From Camelus ferus (taxonomy: Eukaryota): 64,000 bases of DNA. The translations under genes were made by a program, and so were the position numbers. Positions 1 through 13,889 of the stretch are shown here, one piece after another (the stretch's first letter is position 1; each line of letters begins with the position of its first letter). A model generated the notes under the pieces. The model made no database searches, was not told the DNA's origin, and was given only the letters and a program-made list of their open reading frames with translations. The stretch is taken from positions 60,514,001 to 60,578,000 of the forward strand of contig NC_045707.1 of assembly GCF_009834535.1 (NCBI RefSeq), in the 5' to 3' direction.

Positions 1-946
1 CACTGCCTTTCCATATAAATTTTAGAAGAATCTTGGTTATACAGATTAAAAATCTTGTTGGAACTATTTAATTACATTAAATCTGTGTATTAATTTGGGA
101 ACAATTCATACATTTACTATGCTGAGTCTTCCAATTCATGAACACAGTATGTCTCTTCATTTATTTAGATCATCCTTGATTTCTTTCACTGGTATTTAAA
201 AATTTTCAGTATACAAGTACTTTATTTGTATTTACACCGAAGTATTTAAATCTTCTTTTTTTTGAGCAGCTTTAAGCAGTACTGTATTTTCAATTTTGAT
301 GTCCACATGTTTATTGCAAATAAATACAAATTTAAAATGTTTATATTTTATTTTATACCCTGTGACCTTGCTGAATTCAGTTATTAGTTCTAGGAGTTTA
401 TTTTGTAGATTCCTTGAGATTTTATATATAAACAATCATGTCAGTCACAAATAGGGATATTTTTATTATTTTTTTCCTTTCTGATCTATATGCCTTTTAA
501 TTTCCTTTTCTTGCTTTATTCCACTAGCTAGAACTTTCAGCACTATGTTGAATAAAAACCAATAATATAAATATCCCTGCCTTGTTAGGGGGAAAGTATT
601 CAGTCTTTCACCATTAAGTATGATGTTACATGAAGGTTTTATACATACTCTTTATAAAATTCAGAAAACTCTCCTCTATTCCTATTTTTCTGATTTTTAT
701 CATGAATGGATATTGATCTTCATGAAATGTTTTTTCTATGTTGATTGATACAATCATGAGATTTTTCTCCTTTATTTTTGTAAATAAGATAGACTACATT
801 GAATAATTTCTGAATATTAAATGAGTCTTGCATCCCTGAGATAAACCAAATTTGGTCATAGTTCCTTTTATATATAGCCAACTTCTATTTATTAATATTT
901 TGTTAAGAATTTTTGAGGCTATATTCAAGAGGGATATTGGTCTATA

Positions 947-3900
947 CAGGCATACCTTGGAGATACTGTAGGTTCAGTTCAATATCACTGCAAAAAAGTG
1001 AGTATCGGAATAAAGCAAGTAACAAATAAAGCAAGTAAAAGTTTTATTTGGAGAGGTAGCCAAAATGTCAAAATAGGATAACCCTGAATTCACCTCCTCA
1101 CAAGGACATGCCCAAATTACAACTACTTACAGAGCAACTGTCTATGAGCATGATCTGCAGATTAGCAAAACAGATTTTCCATAACTAAAGAAAAAAAGAA
1201 GGAACTACGAGACAGGTAAGAGGGGCAGAGACATGATATAATTGGGGCTTAAACCCCCAAGGTGAGTGATCCACAAATAGAAGGAATATCACAATCGTAG
1301 AGGTCCTTCCCAAAGAAGAAGGGATGAGCCTCAGCCCACCAGCCCAGGGGTCCTGCATGAGGAGAAAAAGCCCCCAGAACATCCAACTTGGAAAATCAGA
1401 AGACCCTATGTGCAGAAGAGCTGGAGGGCTATAAGAAACAGAGACTGTTCTTAAACGGCACTGGAAAAATATCACATGCTCCAAGTCCCAGCACAAAGAG
1501 GCCGTGTTTTGAAACAAGTCTGGTACAGATCCACTTGCTGATCTTGGAGAGTCCTCTGGAGAAGCAGGAGGCAAATAAGAGACTCCCTGGGGATACAGAA
1601 GCTGAGGGCAGCCATCTAGAGGAATTCCTTCCACCCAGATAATACCATGGCTGGCAAGCACCATTTCAGAATTTTCCCTCTAGTCTATTAGCACTGGGGA
1701 CCTCGCCCCACTAGCTGGGCAGCACTAGCCTCAAGCACTGCACCCCCACCCCCCGAGGTCACCCTAACAGCCAATCAACCAGCATGATATACTACATTAA
1801 CAAATTGAAGAATAAAAACCATCTGGTTACTTTAGTAGGTACATAAAAAGCTTCTGACAAAATTCAACATCATTTATGATAAAAACTCTCAACAAAGTGG
1901 GTAGAGAGGAAACACACCTCAACATAATAAAGACTGTATATAACAAACCCACAGCTGACATCATGCTCGATGGTGAAAAGCTGAAAGCATTTCCTCTAAG
2001 ATCAGGAACAAGATAAGGATGCCCATTCTTGCCACTTTTTTTCAACACAGTATTGCAAGTCCTAGCCACAGAAATGAGACAAGAGAAAGAAATAAAAGGA
2101 ATCCACATTGGAAGGAAAGAAGTAAAACTCTCACTGTTTGCAGATGACATGACACTATATAGAGAAAACTCTAAAGACACCACCAAAAAACTATTAGAAC
2201 TAATAAGTGAATTCAGTAAAGTTGCAGGATAGTTACAATAAATTCATAAACAAAGCTCTGTTGTTTCTATACACTAACAAAAACTATGATAAAGAGAAAT
2301 TAAGAAAACAATCCCATTTACAAGTGCATCAAAAAAATACAACACCTAGGAATATATCTAACTAAAATATATCTAACTAAAGAGGTTGTACTCTGAAAAG
2401 TGTAAGACTTGATGAAAGAAACTGAAGATGACATACAAATGGAAAGCCATACCCTTCTCATGGATTGGAAGAAGACTGTTAAAGTGACCATATTACCCAA
2501 GGCAATCTACAGATTCAGTGTGGTTCCTATCAAAATGCCAATGGCATTTTTCACAGAACCACAAGAAATTCTACAGTTTGTATGGAAACACAAAAGACTG
2601 AATAGTCACACCAATCTTGAGAAAGAAGAACACAGCTGAAGTATCACATGCCCTGATTTCAAACTATACTGCAAAGGTACAATAATCAAAACAGTATGAT
2701 ACTGGCACAAAAACAGACATACACAATGGAAGAGAACAGAGCTCAGAAAGAAACCCATACTTACACAATCAATCTACAACAAAGGAGGCAAGAATATAAA
2801 ATGAAGGAAAAAAAGAACCTTTTCCTTAAATGGTGTTGGAAAAACTGGACAGCTACATATAAAAGAATCAAACTGGACTAGTTTCCCAGAAACCATAAAA
2901 CTCCTAGAAGAATACATAGGCAGTATGCTCTCTGACATTGGTCTTAGCAATATTTTGGGGGGCCTTTCTCCTCAGGCAAGGGAAACAAAATCCAAAATAA
3001 ACAAATGGGATTGCATGAAACTAGTTTTTCCACAGTAAAGGAAACTAACACCAACAACAAAAAATGGGGAAAAAAAGAAAAGGCAGCCCACTAAATGGGA
3101 AGAGGTATTTGCAAATGATGCATCTGATAAGGGGTTGATAGCCACACAACTCAACATCACACACACACACACAAAAGCCCAAAAAACAAAAGACAACCCA
3201 ATTAAAAAGTGGGCAGAAGAACTGAATAGACATTTTTTTAAAGAACACATACAGCCGCATAAACAGATGCGTAACACCATTAATAATCAGAGAAATGCAA
3301 ATCAAAACCACAATAAGATGCCACCTCACACCTGTCAGAATGGCTATCATCAAAAAGACAAGAAATAACAAATGTTGGCGAGGATATGAAGGGAATCCTT
3401 GCACTGTTGGTAGAACTGTAAATTGGTACAGCCACCATAGAAAACAGTATGGAAAGTCCTTAAAAAATTAAAATTAGAACTATCACATGACCCCACAATT
3501 TCACCTCTAGGTATTCATGCAAAGAAAACAAAAAGACTAATTTAAAAAAATATGTACACCTCAACGTTCACTGCCATAGTATTTACAAAGCCAAGATACA
3601 GAAGCAACTTATGTGACCACTGATAGATGAATGGATACAGAAGATGTGACCTATATTATATATACAATGAAATATTACTTAGCATTACAAAGGAAATCTT
3701 GCCATCTGTGACAACCTGAATGGATCTAGAGGTATTATGCTAGGTGAAATAAGAGAAAGACAAATACCATATGATCTCACTTACATATGATCTCACTTAC
3801 ATGAGGAATCTAAAGAAACCAAACAGACAAAACAAAAACAGACTCAGAATCACAGAGAACAAATAGGTGGTTGCCAGAGGGGAGAAGATTGGGGTGGGGC

Positions 3901-4462
3901 GGGGGATATGTGAAGAGGATTAAGAGGTACAAACTTCCAGTTATAAAATAAATAAGACATAGGATGTAATTTACAGCATAAGGAATATAGTCAATATTTT
4001 AATAAGTTTGTATAGGGACAAACGGTTACTAGACTTAATGTGGTGATCATTTCATAATGTACACAAATGTCAAATTACTACATAGTACCTCTGCAACTGA
4101 AATAATATTGTATGCAACTATAATTCAATTTAAAAAGTTATGTTTACACTATACCACAATCTATCAGATGTGCAATAGCATTTTGTCTAAAAAAATAATG
4201 TACACACTTTAATTAAAAAATACTTTATTGCTAAAAAATGCTAACCATCATCTAGATGATCCTTTAGTAAGTCATAATCTTTTTGCTGGTGGTGGGTCTG
4301 AAATATTACAAGAATTACCAAAATGTGACATGGAGACACAAAGTGAACAAATGCTGTTGGAAAAATGGCACCAACAGACTTGCTTAATGCAGGGTTGCTA
4401 CAAACCTTCAATTTGTAAAAAAGTGAAGTATCTGTGAAATGCAATAAAACGAGGTATGCCTG
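947..4462. mobile_element. Internally deleted Tigger1-type (TcMar) DNA transposon, split by an L1
   Basis: TIRs caggcataccttg (947) and cgaggtatgcctg (ends 4462) with TA target duplications; body at 947-1049 and 4133-4462. Confidence 0.88.
1050..4132 (+). mobile_element. L1 with 5' UTR joined directly to the ORF2 RT/C-terminal region and 3' UTR
   Basis: 5' UTR-like sequence at 1050-~1770, then ORF2 ([38 protein letters not shown]), 3' UTR; degenerate TSD aaaagttttattt / aaaagttatgttt. Confidence 0.88.
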
Positions 4463-7400
4463 TAGTTTTCCTTTTTGTACTATCTTCATCTGGTTTTGGT
4501 ATCAGGGTAACATATATCATTTCCATGCTGTTACTTGCCTACATAAGCAACTTGTCAATATTCTTGTATATGAAGTGAGTTTCTTACAGACGGTATATGG
4601 TTGAGTCTCATTTTATAATCAACAGTGCCAATATCTGTCTTTTAACTGGTATATTTAGATCATTTAAATTATTGATATGTTACGGTTTAAATCCAAAATT
4701 TTATTTTTTATTTTCCATTTGTTCTATGTTTTTGCTTATTTTCTTTTTCCTGCCTTCTTGTGGGTTACTGAAAGGCTTTTTAGAATTCTATTTTATCTAG
4801 TGTTTTTGAGTCTCTTTGTATAGCTTTTTTAGTAGTTACTCTTAAGTATTATATAAACATAAACAATACTACAGTGTACCGGTGTCATCATTTATCAATT
4901 CAAGTGAAGTGTGGAAATCTCACCTTCTTTTATGTTCCTCTGCTCTTCCCTGCTTATATCATAAATTGTCTCATATATGTTCCCTACATACACTTAGATC
5001 CACCACATCAAACTGTATTACAATTTTTGCTTCAACTATCAAGCATAATTTGGAAGATGTAGGATGAGAAGGAAAGTATACTACATTAACCTATAATTTT
5101 GTTTACCATGATCTTATGTTCTAAGATTCTTTTCTATAATTTCCCATCTGTTTAGAGAACTTCTCTTAGTCATTTTTTTTAGGGTAGGTCTGCTGGCCAC
5201 AAATTCTCCTAGTTTTCCTTTATCTGAAAATGTGTTGAATTCTCCTTCATTCATGAAAGATATTTTCACTGGATACAGGATTCTGAGTTGACAATTCTTT
5301 CCATTCAGCACTCGAAAAATGGGACAGTTCCTTCTGCCTCTATGGTTTCTGATGAGAAATCCACTGTTGTTTTAAATAGTTTTACCCCTACTGGTAAGGA
5401 GATTTCAAGATTTTTATTTTTCAGTCTTTAGTTTCCAGAAGTTTGACTATGATTCCGTGATTTGGATTTCTTTGAGTTTATATTCTGCTTAAGGTTTGTT
5501 CCACTTCTTAATCTGCAGGTTTGTATTCTGCCAAATTAGGGTTTGGTGGGGGGGGGGGGGTTAGCCACTGTATCTTTGAGTACTTTTCCAGCCCCATTTT
5601 CTTTCTCCTCTTCTTCTGGAACTCCAATCATATCCATGTTAAGATATTCTGTTATTAACCACAGGTCCCTGAGGCTCTGTTCTTTCCCTTCCCACCCCCA
5701 GCTTATTTCCTTTTGTTGTTCAAATGGATAATTTTTATTGTTCTATCTTCAAGGTCATTGATTCTTTCCTCTGTCCTTTCTCTTCTGTTGAGTACATCCA
5801 TTGAGTCTTTCTTGTTTTGGTTTTAAAATTTCCATTTGGTTCTTCTTTATATCCTATTTCTGTATCTCTATTCCTGTGCTGAACCTCTATTTTTCACTTG
5901 TTTTTCAAGCATGCTCATAATTACTCACTGAGGCTTTTCATGATGGTTGTTTTAAAATCTTTTTGTCAGATAATTCTGACAACTTTTGTCATCATGTTGG
6001 CATCTACTGATTATCCTTTCATTCAGTCAGATCTTCTTGCTTCTTGGTATGATGAATGATTTTCACTTGAAACCCAGACATTTTGGGTATTATGAAACAC
6101 TGGATCTCATTTAAACCTTTTCTTTTAGGTGGATTCCACTGACATAGGCAGGGGGAGGGAAGTGAGGCAGCTTCTCATTATTGCTAGGCGAGGTGGAAGT
6201 CCAGGATCCCAAGTTGGCCTCCACTGACACCTGAGGAGGGGTTTTCTTATTACTGATGGGCAAAAGTGGGACTTCCAGCTCTCCACTATACCTGTACTGG
6301 TACCTTCCTGGCTAGGAGGGTTAGAGTGCCTCATTACTTTTTCCTATGTGGTCTTCACTGATACAGCAGGGGATGGGAGCTCATTAACACCCAGTGGGGA
6401 TGAAAGTCTCAACTCTCTACTCCACCTTCTCTGTCACCACGCCAGGAGAGAAGTTAGGACACATCGTTACAGTCTGGTAAGGGTGGAGGTCTGGGCCTTC
6501 ACTGGTGTGAATCAGAGTGAGGCCACAGTTTTTTCCACTGTGCTTGGCTACAGTTCAAAGTTATTTTTAAAAGTTTTTGTCTTGCTAAATAAGCTGCCTC
6601 CTTTATGGTCCTTTGAAAAAGCGGTCTTTTGCTGGGACCTTTTTTGTCTGTACACATTCATGATTCTAGGTTGTTGGCTTTGTCAGCTCCTCTTCTGGGA
6701 AATATCAGGCAAAAAAAGAAAATGCAGGGAACTCACCAGCATGTCATTCTTTGGGTCCTGAGCTCCCTACCTGCTCTGCCTTCTTCTCTACATCTTCCAG
6801 AGTCTTCTTATATTTGTTTTGTATATAATGTCCAGGATTTTTGTTTGTACTTAGTGGGAAGGAATAGGGAAAAATACATCCACTCCATCTTTCCAGATTT
6901 ACTTTCACATAATCAATTAACAGCATTAAAGAGTAATATATCTGAAATTTCTACTGTTAACAAAAGGGACTGTAGGTTTTTTAATGTTGGGAAATACTAA
7001 TTTAGAGATTTCCTTTTAACTTACTAGTAAGAAACACTTATGTAACCATAAATCCACCTAAAATCTTTTAACCTTAGAAACTGAAAAGCTTTTAAAATAG
7101 TTTTCTAAGATCAAGATCCCCTCAATTTCTGCCTATTATCACTGTCCAAAAATAATTTTCTTCCTTTAGGGATGACTTATTTTTAGTAAAATGCTATTGA
7201 GTCCAAGGCATCATTATTTTCTTGTTTTGTTTTAAATACAGAACATATTTCACAGACTAGCAAATCAAGTCATGTTCATGATTTAAATTTTTCTAATGTG
7301 AGATGGAAAGAGAATAGTCTACAAAAAGACAAATACTTAATTTCAAAAGCCTCCAGACATCATATATTTTTATCTAGTGACCTTTTTAAAATGCATGTTT

Positions 7401-8769
7401 AAAATTACTAACAGCAAAAAACAAAACCAAAAAAATCAGGAATACTCAAACTTTTGAACTGATTACAATAATATACAAATGTTAATAAAATTGTGCTTAA
7501 CTTTTTAATGAGGTTCTCTTTTAAAAAAGAAACCATATCCAAACTCATAAACCTAATATACAGTTCATTATCACTATACTAAATAACTTTATACATTTAT
7601 AAACATCTAGAATTTACAAAGTAAATATATTTAAAAATACCCTTTAGCATATTTATACTACGCAAAATAAAAGCATAAATAAAGATTATGAGACTTTCCA
7701 AACTAATATAAGACAGTTATTTAGTAGCCTCATTATTATGAGACATAAGCCATTTTTTACTCTGCTGAGCAAAACTGCTCTAAATTTGAGAGGACAGAGC
7801 AACATCAAACTAACTGAATAACCACTTTTAAAAGACATCGTATCTAATAGAAATGAAAGTGTTGACATGGAAGAAATGCTCCTTATTCTCAGATATGGAG
7901 CTGAAAATAGGCAAGTTTATAAACTATAATTCTGATTCTTCTGCTGTCTAAGAAACAGACGAATGAATTTTTCAGCTCATTAAGGGAGTCTGAACTCTAC
8001 AAATAAATGAGGCGTGCTTTCAAGTCTGTTTCCCTTTATCCAAAATTTATCATTTTGTTCTGGGAACAGACAGATCAATGTTAACTTTATACAAAAAGTA
8101 TTACCACTAGAACAGTCTGAATAAGACACATAAGATATACAAGGCTTAATGTTATTTAAGTTGTTGATTACTGACAAGTTAGCAAATATCTTGTCAATTG
8201 TTTAAGTACACAAAAAAATTGTCAATCACCTAATCTTTCCTTTTTTAAGGAAATAAAATTTTAAGAAATATAGACCCCCTCTTTTTGGAAAATGTTCTTA
8301 GTTCTGAAATTATACAATTAGGCAACTGAACCAACAGTCATACAGTTTAGAACTGAAGGTTCTATGGAAGATCTAAAATGAGCTTTCTATAGAGAAGTGA
8401 ATAAGATTCTCTCTCTAATAAAAGTTATAACATATCAAAAAAGAATGGAAACTTAATTATAGCTAGAGTTGTGAGTAGTTTAAAAATATGTAATAGGGCT
8501 AAGATTTTTCACAATTTATTACTACACTAACAAACACACTCACATAGAAAAAACTTTTATTATCTATTACTTAACAGAGGCCAGTTGAATTAATGAATTA
8601 AAGTTTATGTTAGTAGTTTACAGAGATTTAAACAAGTTCACAAATATCCATCCTTAAACTTTGCTATCTATCTTCATTTACTCTGGGTGAAATATTATTT
8701 TAAAGATTACATTGGTCAATGCCAATGTTAAAGGCTGTAAATACTCATGCTGAGAAAGTATGCCTATGG

Positions 8770-8874
8770 TGGGGACGGTAACAGTTCAATGGCAGAACTC
8801 AGGATTAGCAGGCACGAGGTCCTGGGTTCAATCCAGAGGGAGGGAGGGAAGGAGGAAGGAACGATACTTAAAAA
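8770..8874 (+). mobile_element. tRNA-derived SINE (vic-1-like, camelid type)
   Basis: B box ggttcaatcc; perfect 17-bp TSD agaaagtatgcctatgg (8753-8769 / 8875-8891). Confidence 0.85.
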
Positions 8875-8940
8875 AGAAAGTATGCCTATGGATCTTACTT
8901 AAAAAGACTACATATTGAAAATCTTCAGTCACGAATTTAC

Positions 8941-9066
8941 CTTATCAGCTTTGAGCTTTCTAAGGAAAGATGGATTGTCATATCCTTTTGCTTGCCTTGC
9001 TTCTTGCAAATGGTTGATCATCCACACGTTTTTTCTCTGCTTTGCCAAATCAAGTGCTGATTCGCC
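8941..9066 (-). CDS. ZDHHC17: ZDHHC17 exon 8 (126 nt; GESALDLAKQRKNVWMINHLQEARQAKGYDNPSFLRKLKADK)
   Basis: Acceptor ttatattatcag|GGCGAA, donor AAG|GTAAAT; in frame. The gene continues beyond position 1. Confidence 0.95.
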
Positions 9067-11949
9067 CTGATAATATAAGCAGGAGAAATTCACATTTTAA
9101 AAAATGAAAGAGAAAACAGAATATTTGTTACTCACTTTTAAAGCACTTCCATAAAAATAAACTGACTGCAGTATTAATTCATTAACACTGTTTTCATTTG
9201 GCAAAGTCAAATTTACTTTTGACTTTACAAATTACTAAAAGACTCTAAATAATGTATTACTTATTACGCTTTCCCATTCAAGGTACGATCAGAAAATGTA
9301 TTTACTCATCTTATTCTATAGTTTCTGTTTTTGCTTGCATTTTTACTTATATTAGAGAGTAAATCAAAAAGTAGGTTTTTTTGGCACCTGCTGGATCAGA
9401 GGCTATCACTCACTTTATAAGTTATTTCATATTCTTTAAGAGTTTCATTAGTAATAATTATTGCTACAAACCATCCTGCTATAATAATAAACTGTTAGGA
9501 ATCTCTCAGCTTAATTTCAGTAATGACAGAAGTCTGAAGGAGAGAACATGGAAGAAAAAGAAAGGGCAACCTCCTCTTCTACTACTGCTTTACTGTCATT
9601 CTTGATCATGTTAAATTCATTCAATCATCTAGAAATCTCCAGAGAGAACAAGAGCAGTAACAACAAATAGTTAAACTCATATTACAGACTTGTAGCTCCC
9701 TTCAACCTCAAAAAAAAAAAAAAAGAATGCAAGGAGTATAATGAATAGAACTAAAATGCTTTGAAGGAAATAAGCAACAAGAAATAAGCACCCCCAATTC
9801 TAGATCTATGCTTCTTTATTCCTTTATTAATTTAAAATCCTATTTCTCCTTTTGCAAGTTAGTCAGATACCTACATTTCTATTCTGTTTAATATTGTCCA
9901 CTATTTATCTACCTCTTTAAATAGAAAAGTGAAATGAAAATTGCCAAAATTCAAGACTGTATGGATATTCAAAATTACTTAAAGAAAAAATACTGAAATT
10001 TTATTTTTAAAAACAAGATGAAAATTAAGAAATGAGCCTTGGGTGCCTTACTTATGAGGAATAATTACTTATCAAGTATGATGTACAGTTTATTTAATTA
10101 CAGAAAAACAATGAAAAATAAAAAGAACCAAACAAAAAAATAAACACACCACTACCATCAAAGGCAACAACAATAACAACACAACAATAAAAACAAAAAG
10201 CCTAACCAATCCTTTAATAAAAAGATCAACAGTATTAGATAAGAAATGGGCTAATCAAGGTGAGTTTCCCACAAATAAGGATATTTGCTTTAAAATATCT
10301 CCTACCTAGTCCACAATTCTATCACCTAGGTTGTCAGAACCAGCTAATTAATCCAAACTATAAAGATTACCTGAATAAAAGCAATCCCTTGGGTAACAAC
10401 TCCCAGAGAATATCCTGCAGTTGCCTCGGTCCAGCTGAGCATCCCTTCCACTAGAGGGCCATGTGACACCTAAGGATTGCCTAGATAAAAAGATGGAGGG
10501 AGCTTTAAGAAATCTTTGAACTACTCCTCTAGTCATCTGACTACTTTTGCATAGTTCTTTTATTCAGCTGGTAAAATAAACAAGCAATTAATTTAAAGAA
10601 TTATACTAAAACCAGGGTTCCAAATCAGGTCTATATCTGATCACTCCATGTGTCACCAAAATAGTAAGTGGTAATAACAACAATAATAACAACAAGAATC
10701 ATGGAGTATTTAGAGACTGTGTAACTAATTGGCAGTAAGAGAAACTCTTCAAGGGTTTTGGTGAGATAAACATTATGGAAGGTGGAGGGTGGAAGATCAC
10801 CTTTTTCTATGTAAAGCAGAATTTCATTATGAAAACTAAGGAAAATTCTTCCTTGGAGACCGTTTAGGTCAGGTACTTAAGAGGTAATGAAAACTATTTT
10901 CTGAAAACAGTTTCTTACCTCTTTTCAAGAAACCATATAAGAGTCGTTCAATATATTAATTAACAAAGATCAGCAATTTTATATTTTGTATAAGCTATAA
11001 ATTAATTGTTCTCCCCAAACTCAGTTCATCTAAATTTATCTGTATAAACAAAAACATGTGCGGGGGGGGGGGTAAAATACTTTTTTTTAATTCACAAAGG
11101 AGATGCTATCCTGAAGAAAGATTACTGCATAAGTCATTTTTCTTAAAATCTCAGTATCCTAAATCATTTTTCCCCTCTACTGTTATTACTTAAGATTTCA
11201 ATTTATTCTATGCAACTATTATCTAGGGCCATGGTCTTTACACTCTTTTGAGTCATGTCTGATGAAAGCCATTGACTCTCTCCCCAGAAAAGCGCTGGTA
11301 CTTTTTTTTAATAACAATTTCAGGAGTCCAGGGACCCACCCCCTAACCAAAATCCACTGGTGGGTCCTAGATTAAGAATCTCTAATCTAAGGTTTACGGC
11401 CATTCCTGATCCTTCAAAGGATCAAAGTAGCCATTTTAACCTACCATCTAATAGTAACTGTCTCCAAAATAAGTTCTATCTTATTTTGATAAAAGAATCC
11501 TTTGTTTATGCATTAAAGTAATTGAATCCCTTACTCAAATAACTAATTTACAAGGATAAATATCTAGCTAATATAAAGACTGATTTCTAAGAAACTTAAC
11601 CTTAATTTTACTTGGGAAATAACTATTTTAGAAGAAATAGGATCAATCAATCGTTATATAACTATTATAACATAAAGTATAATTTTTCATATTCTTTGAA
11701 GAATGTAACTTTTACTAGCAAGTAAAGCCATATCCAGATTCACAGGCTACGTCTTTCTTGGTATGATTCATGATTATCAACGAGACTTTCTTAAGACTTA
11801 AAATGAAAAACAGAAAAATATATAACTATAAATCAACTTTATCTGTCAAATTCCAGGACAAACAATCCAGGTTGTTGTTTTTAATTAATCAATTTTTCAT
11901 TTCAAAATGTGCAGCAATTTAAGTTTACTTAATTAGCCTTACATTCCAC

Positions 11950-12805
11950 ATAGCTAAAAGGTACCACCTCAACTCACATATGACTAAGACAGACCAATTC
12001 CTACTGCCTTCATCTCAAAAAGTCTGTTTCCTTCAGATCTTCACAACCTCCATATATATCACAAGACATTCAGTTATTCAAACCAAAACCTAAATCATCA
12101 ATTTTTTTCTTTCACCCTAATCTACCTTTTCATTTCTACTCTAAACTATCATTTCCAAATCCATTCATTTCTCTCCATCCCTGCTCCTACAACTGTATAG
12201 GCTAAACTAACATCATCAGTTGCCTGCTTTAAGAGTCTAACTGATCTTCCTCTATCCCTTCCATTTTCTTAATTATTCAATGTATCTCTATATACCAAAG
12301 TAATCTTTTTAACATATTTAAAACACAAAGATTATGTAACCATTCTACATAAATTCTTCCAACTGTTTCTCATGACTGAGAATACAATTAAAGCTCCTTA
12401 TCATGGCCTTGTATGATCCGGTACCTGCCTCTCTTAGTGACTCACTGCTTGGTGCAGGCTGTCATTTCTGCATCCCTAACGTGGCAAGCGTACTCCTGGC
12501 CTTGGGTCTTGCACTTGCAGGTTCCTCTACATGGAAAGTTTTTTCCCACATATCTTTGCAGAACTGATCCTTTATCAGACAAGTCTCAAAGCAAATGTCA
12601 TCTCCTCAGAGGCATTTACAATCACTCTCACCTGATGTGGCCCCCCTTAGCCCTCATCACAACCACATTTGCCTGTGTATGTGTTTTTAATTTACTTATT
12701 GTCTATTTCCTCAATACAATGTAAATTCTGGGAGAGTAAGGATTTCATCTATCTTAAACACTGACTTCTCAGCATAAAACAAGTTATTTGTTGAATGAAC
12801 AAATG
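11950..12805 (+). mobile_element. Degraded L2 fragment
   Basis: Pyrimidine-rich L2-like body ending in tatttgttgaatgaa; boundaries approximate. Confidence 0.6.
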
Positions 12806-13045
12806 GTTTCTACTAAAAGGTGGTAACTAGACTTCAGCTTATTAGGAATGCCAGATTCCAGTAGAAAAGGCATTTGATACTTATTTCATCCTTTTAATTA
12901 CATAAGAAGTCCATTTTAAAACAAAAATCTACTTTTTTCACCAGTGTGGTTAAAAAGATTATTTTTATTCTAAAAGTATAAATGTTCCCTGAGCAACTGA
13001 AGCAACTCCTTAGACTTTATTTTCTTTAAAAATAATGTCACTCCA

Positions 13046-13489
13046 AATAAGTCAGACAGAGAAAGGCAAATACCATACCTCACTTACATGTGGACTCTAA
13101 AAACAAAACAAAACAAAAAATCAAGTTCACAGATATACAGAACAGACTGGTGGCTGGCAGAGGTACCGGGCTGGGGGGGTGGGGACATGGGTGAAAGGGG
13201 CCAAAGGTACAAACTCCCAGCTCTAAAGTAAGTCAGTCATGAAGATGTAATGTACAGCATGGCAGCTACAGTTAATCACACTGCATTGCATATCCAGAAG
13301 TTGCTAGGAGTTAATCTTCAAGGTTCATATCACAAGAAAAAAGAAAACTTTGTGACTGTATATGATGACAGATGTTGACTGGATTTGTGACGGTGGTCAT
13401 TCTGCAATGTGTAGGCGTCAAATCATTATTTTGTACACCTAAACTCACATAATGTCATATGTCAATTGTACCTCAGTAAAATTTTTTTG
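13046..13489 (+). mobile_element. 5'-truncated L1 3' UTR (L1MA-like)
   Basis: aaataagtcagacagagaaaggcaaatacc... 3' UTR; 18-bp TSD aaaaataatgtYactcca (13028-13045 / 13490-13507). Confidence 0.85.
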
Positions 13490-13889
13490 AAAAATAATGT
13501 TACTCCAGAGCTACCAGGGAATTACACTTAAAATAACTTATTTTTCTAATGGCCAACCTTGACTATATTTGTCAGATAAAATTAAAACACTAATAAAAAG
13601 AAACTGACAAAAAATACATGAATTTAAATAAAAGTTCTATAGGTATAATAATTAGCTGAATTATTTGGCACTGTAGATTCTGGAAGGTAGTCACATGCAC
13701 TGTACTAGTTAGCTAGTTAACTACATTCTGATTTATGCCATCCTGGTACCAAGTAATTGATGTGCTGAACCTATAAAACATTAAAAATAAAAGGTTCAAG
13801 CCATTTAAATCATTTGAAATATTTCTATTCTTACCATTACCTTTTTTTGAAATTCATTATAGATTATTTCTTTTACTAAGACTAATCAA

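Larger units (their letters stand above)
1..6897 (-). mobile_element. Old fragmented L1 (L1M-type), interrupted at 947-4462
   Basis: ORF2 remnants at 1-946 (LLELITEFSKVTGYKI) resume at 4465; ORF1 C-terminus at 5114-5311 (RILYPVKISFMNEGE..TFSDKGKL.EFVASRP); L1 5'-end-like sequence near 6880. Confidence 0.8.

Noticed and set aside
1185..1664. 159-aa antisense ORF in the L1 5' UTR (ORF0-like?)
   Set aside because: No recognisable similarity or splice support; a chance ORF in moderately GC-rich UTR sequence is sufficient.
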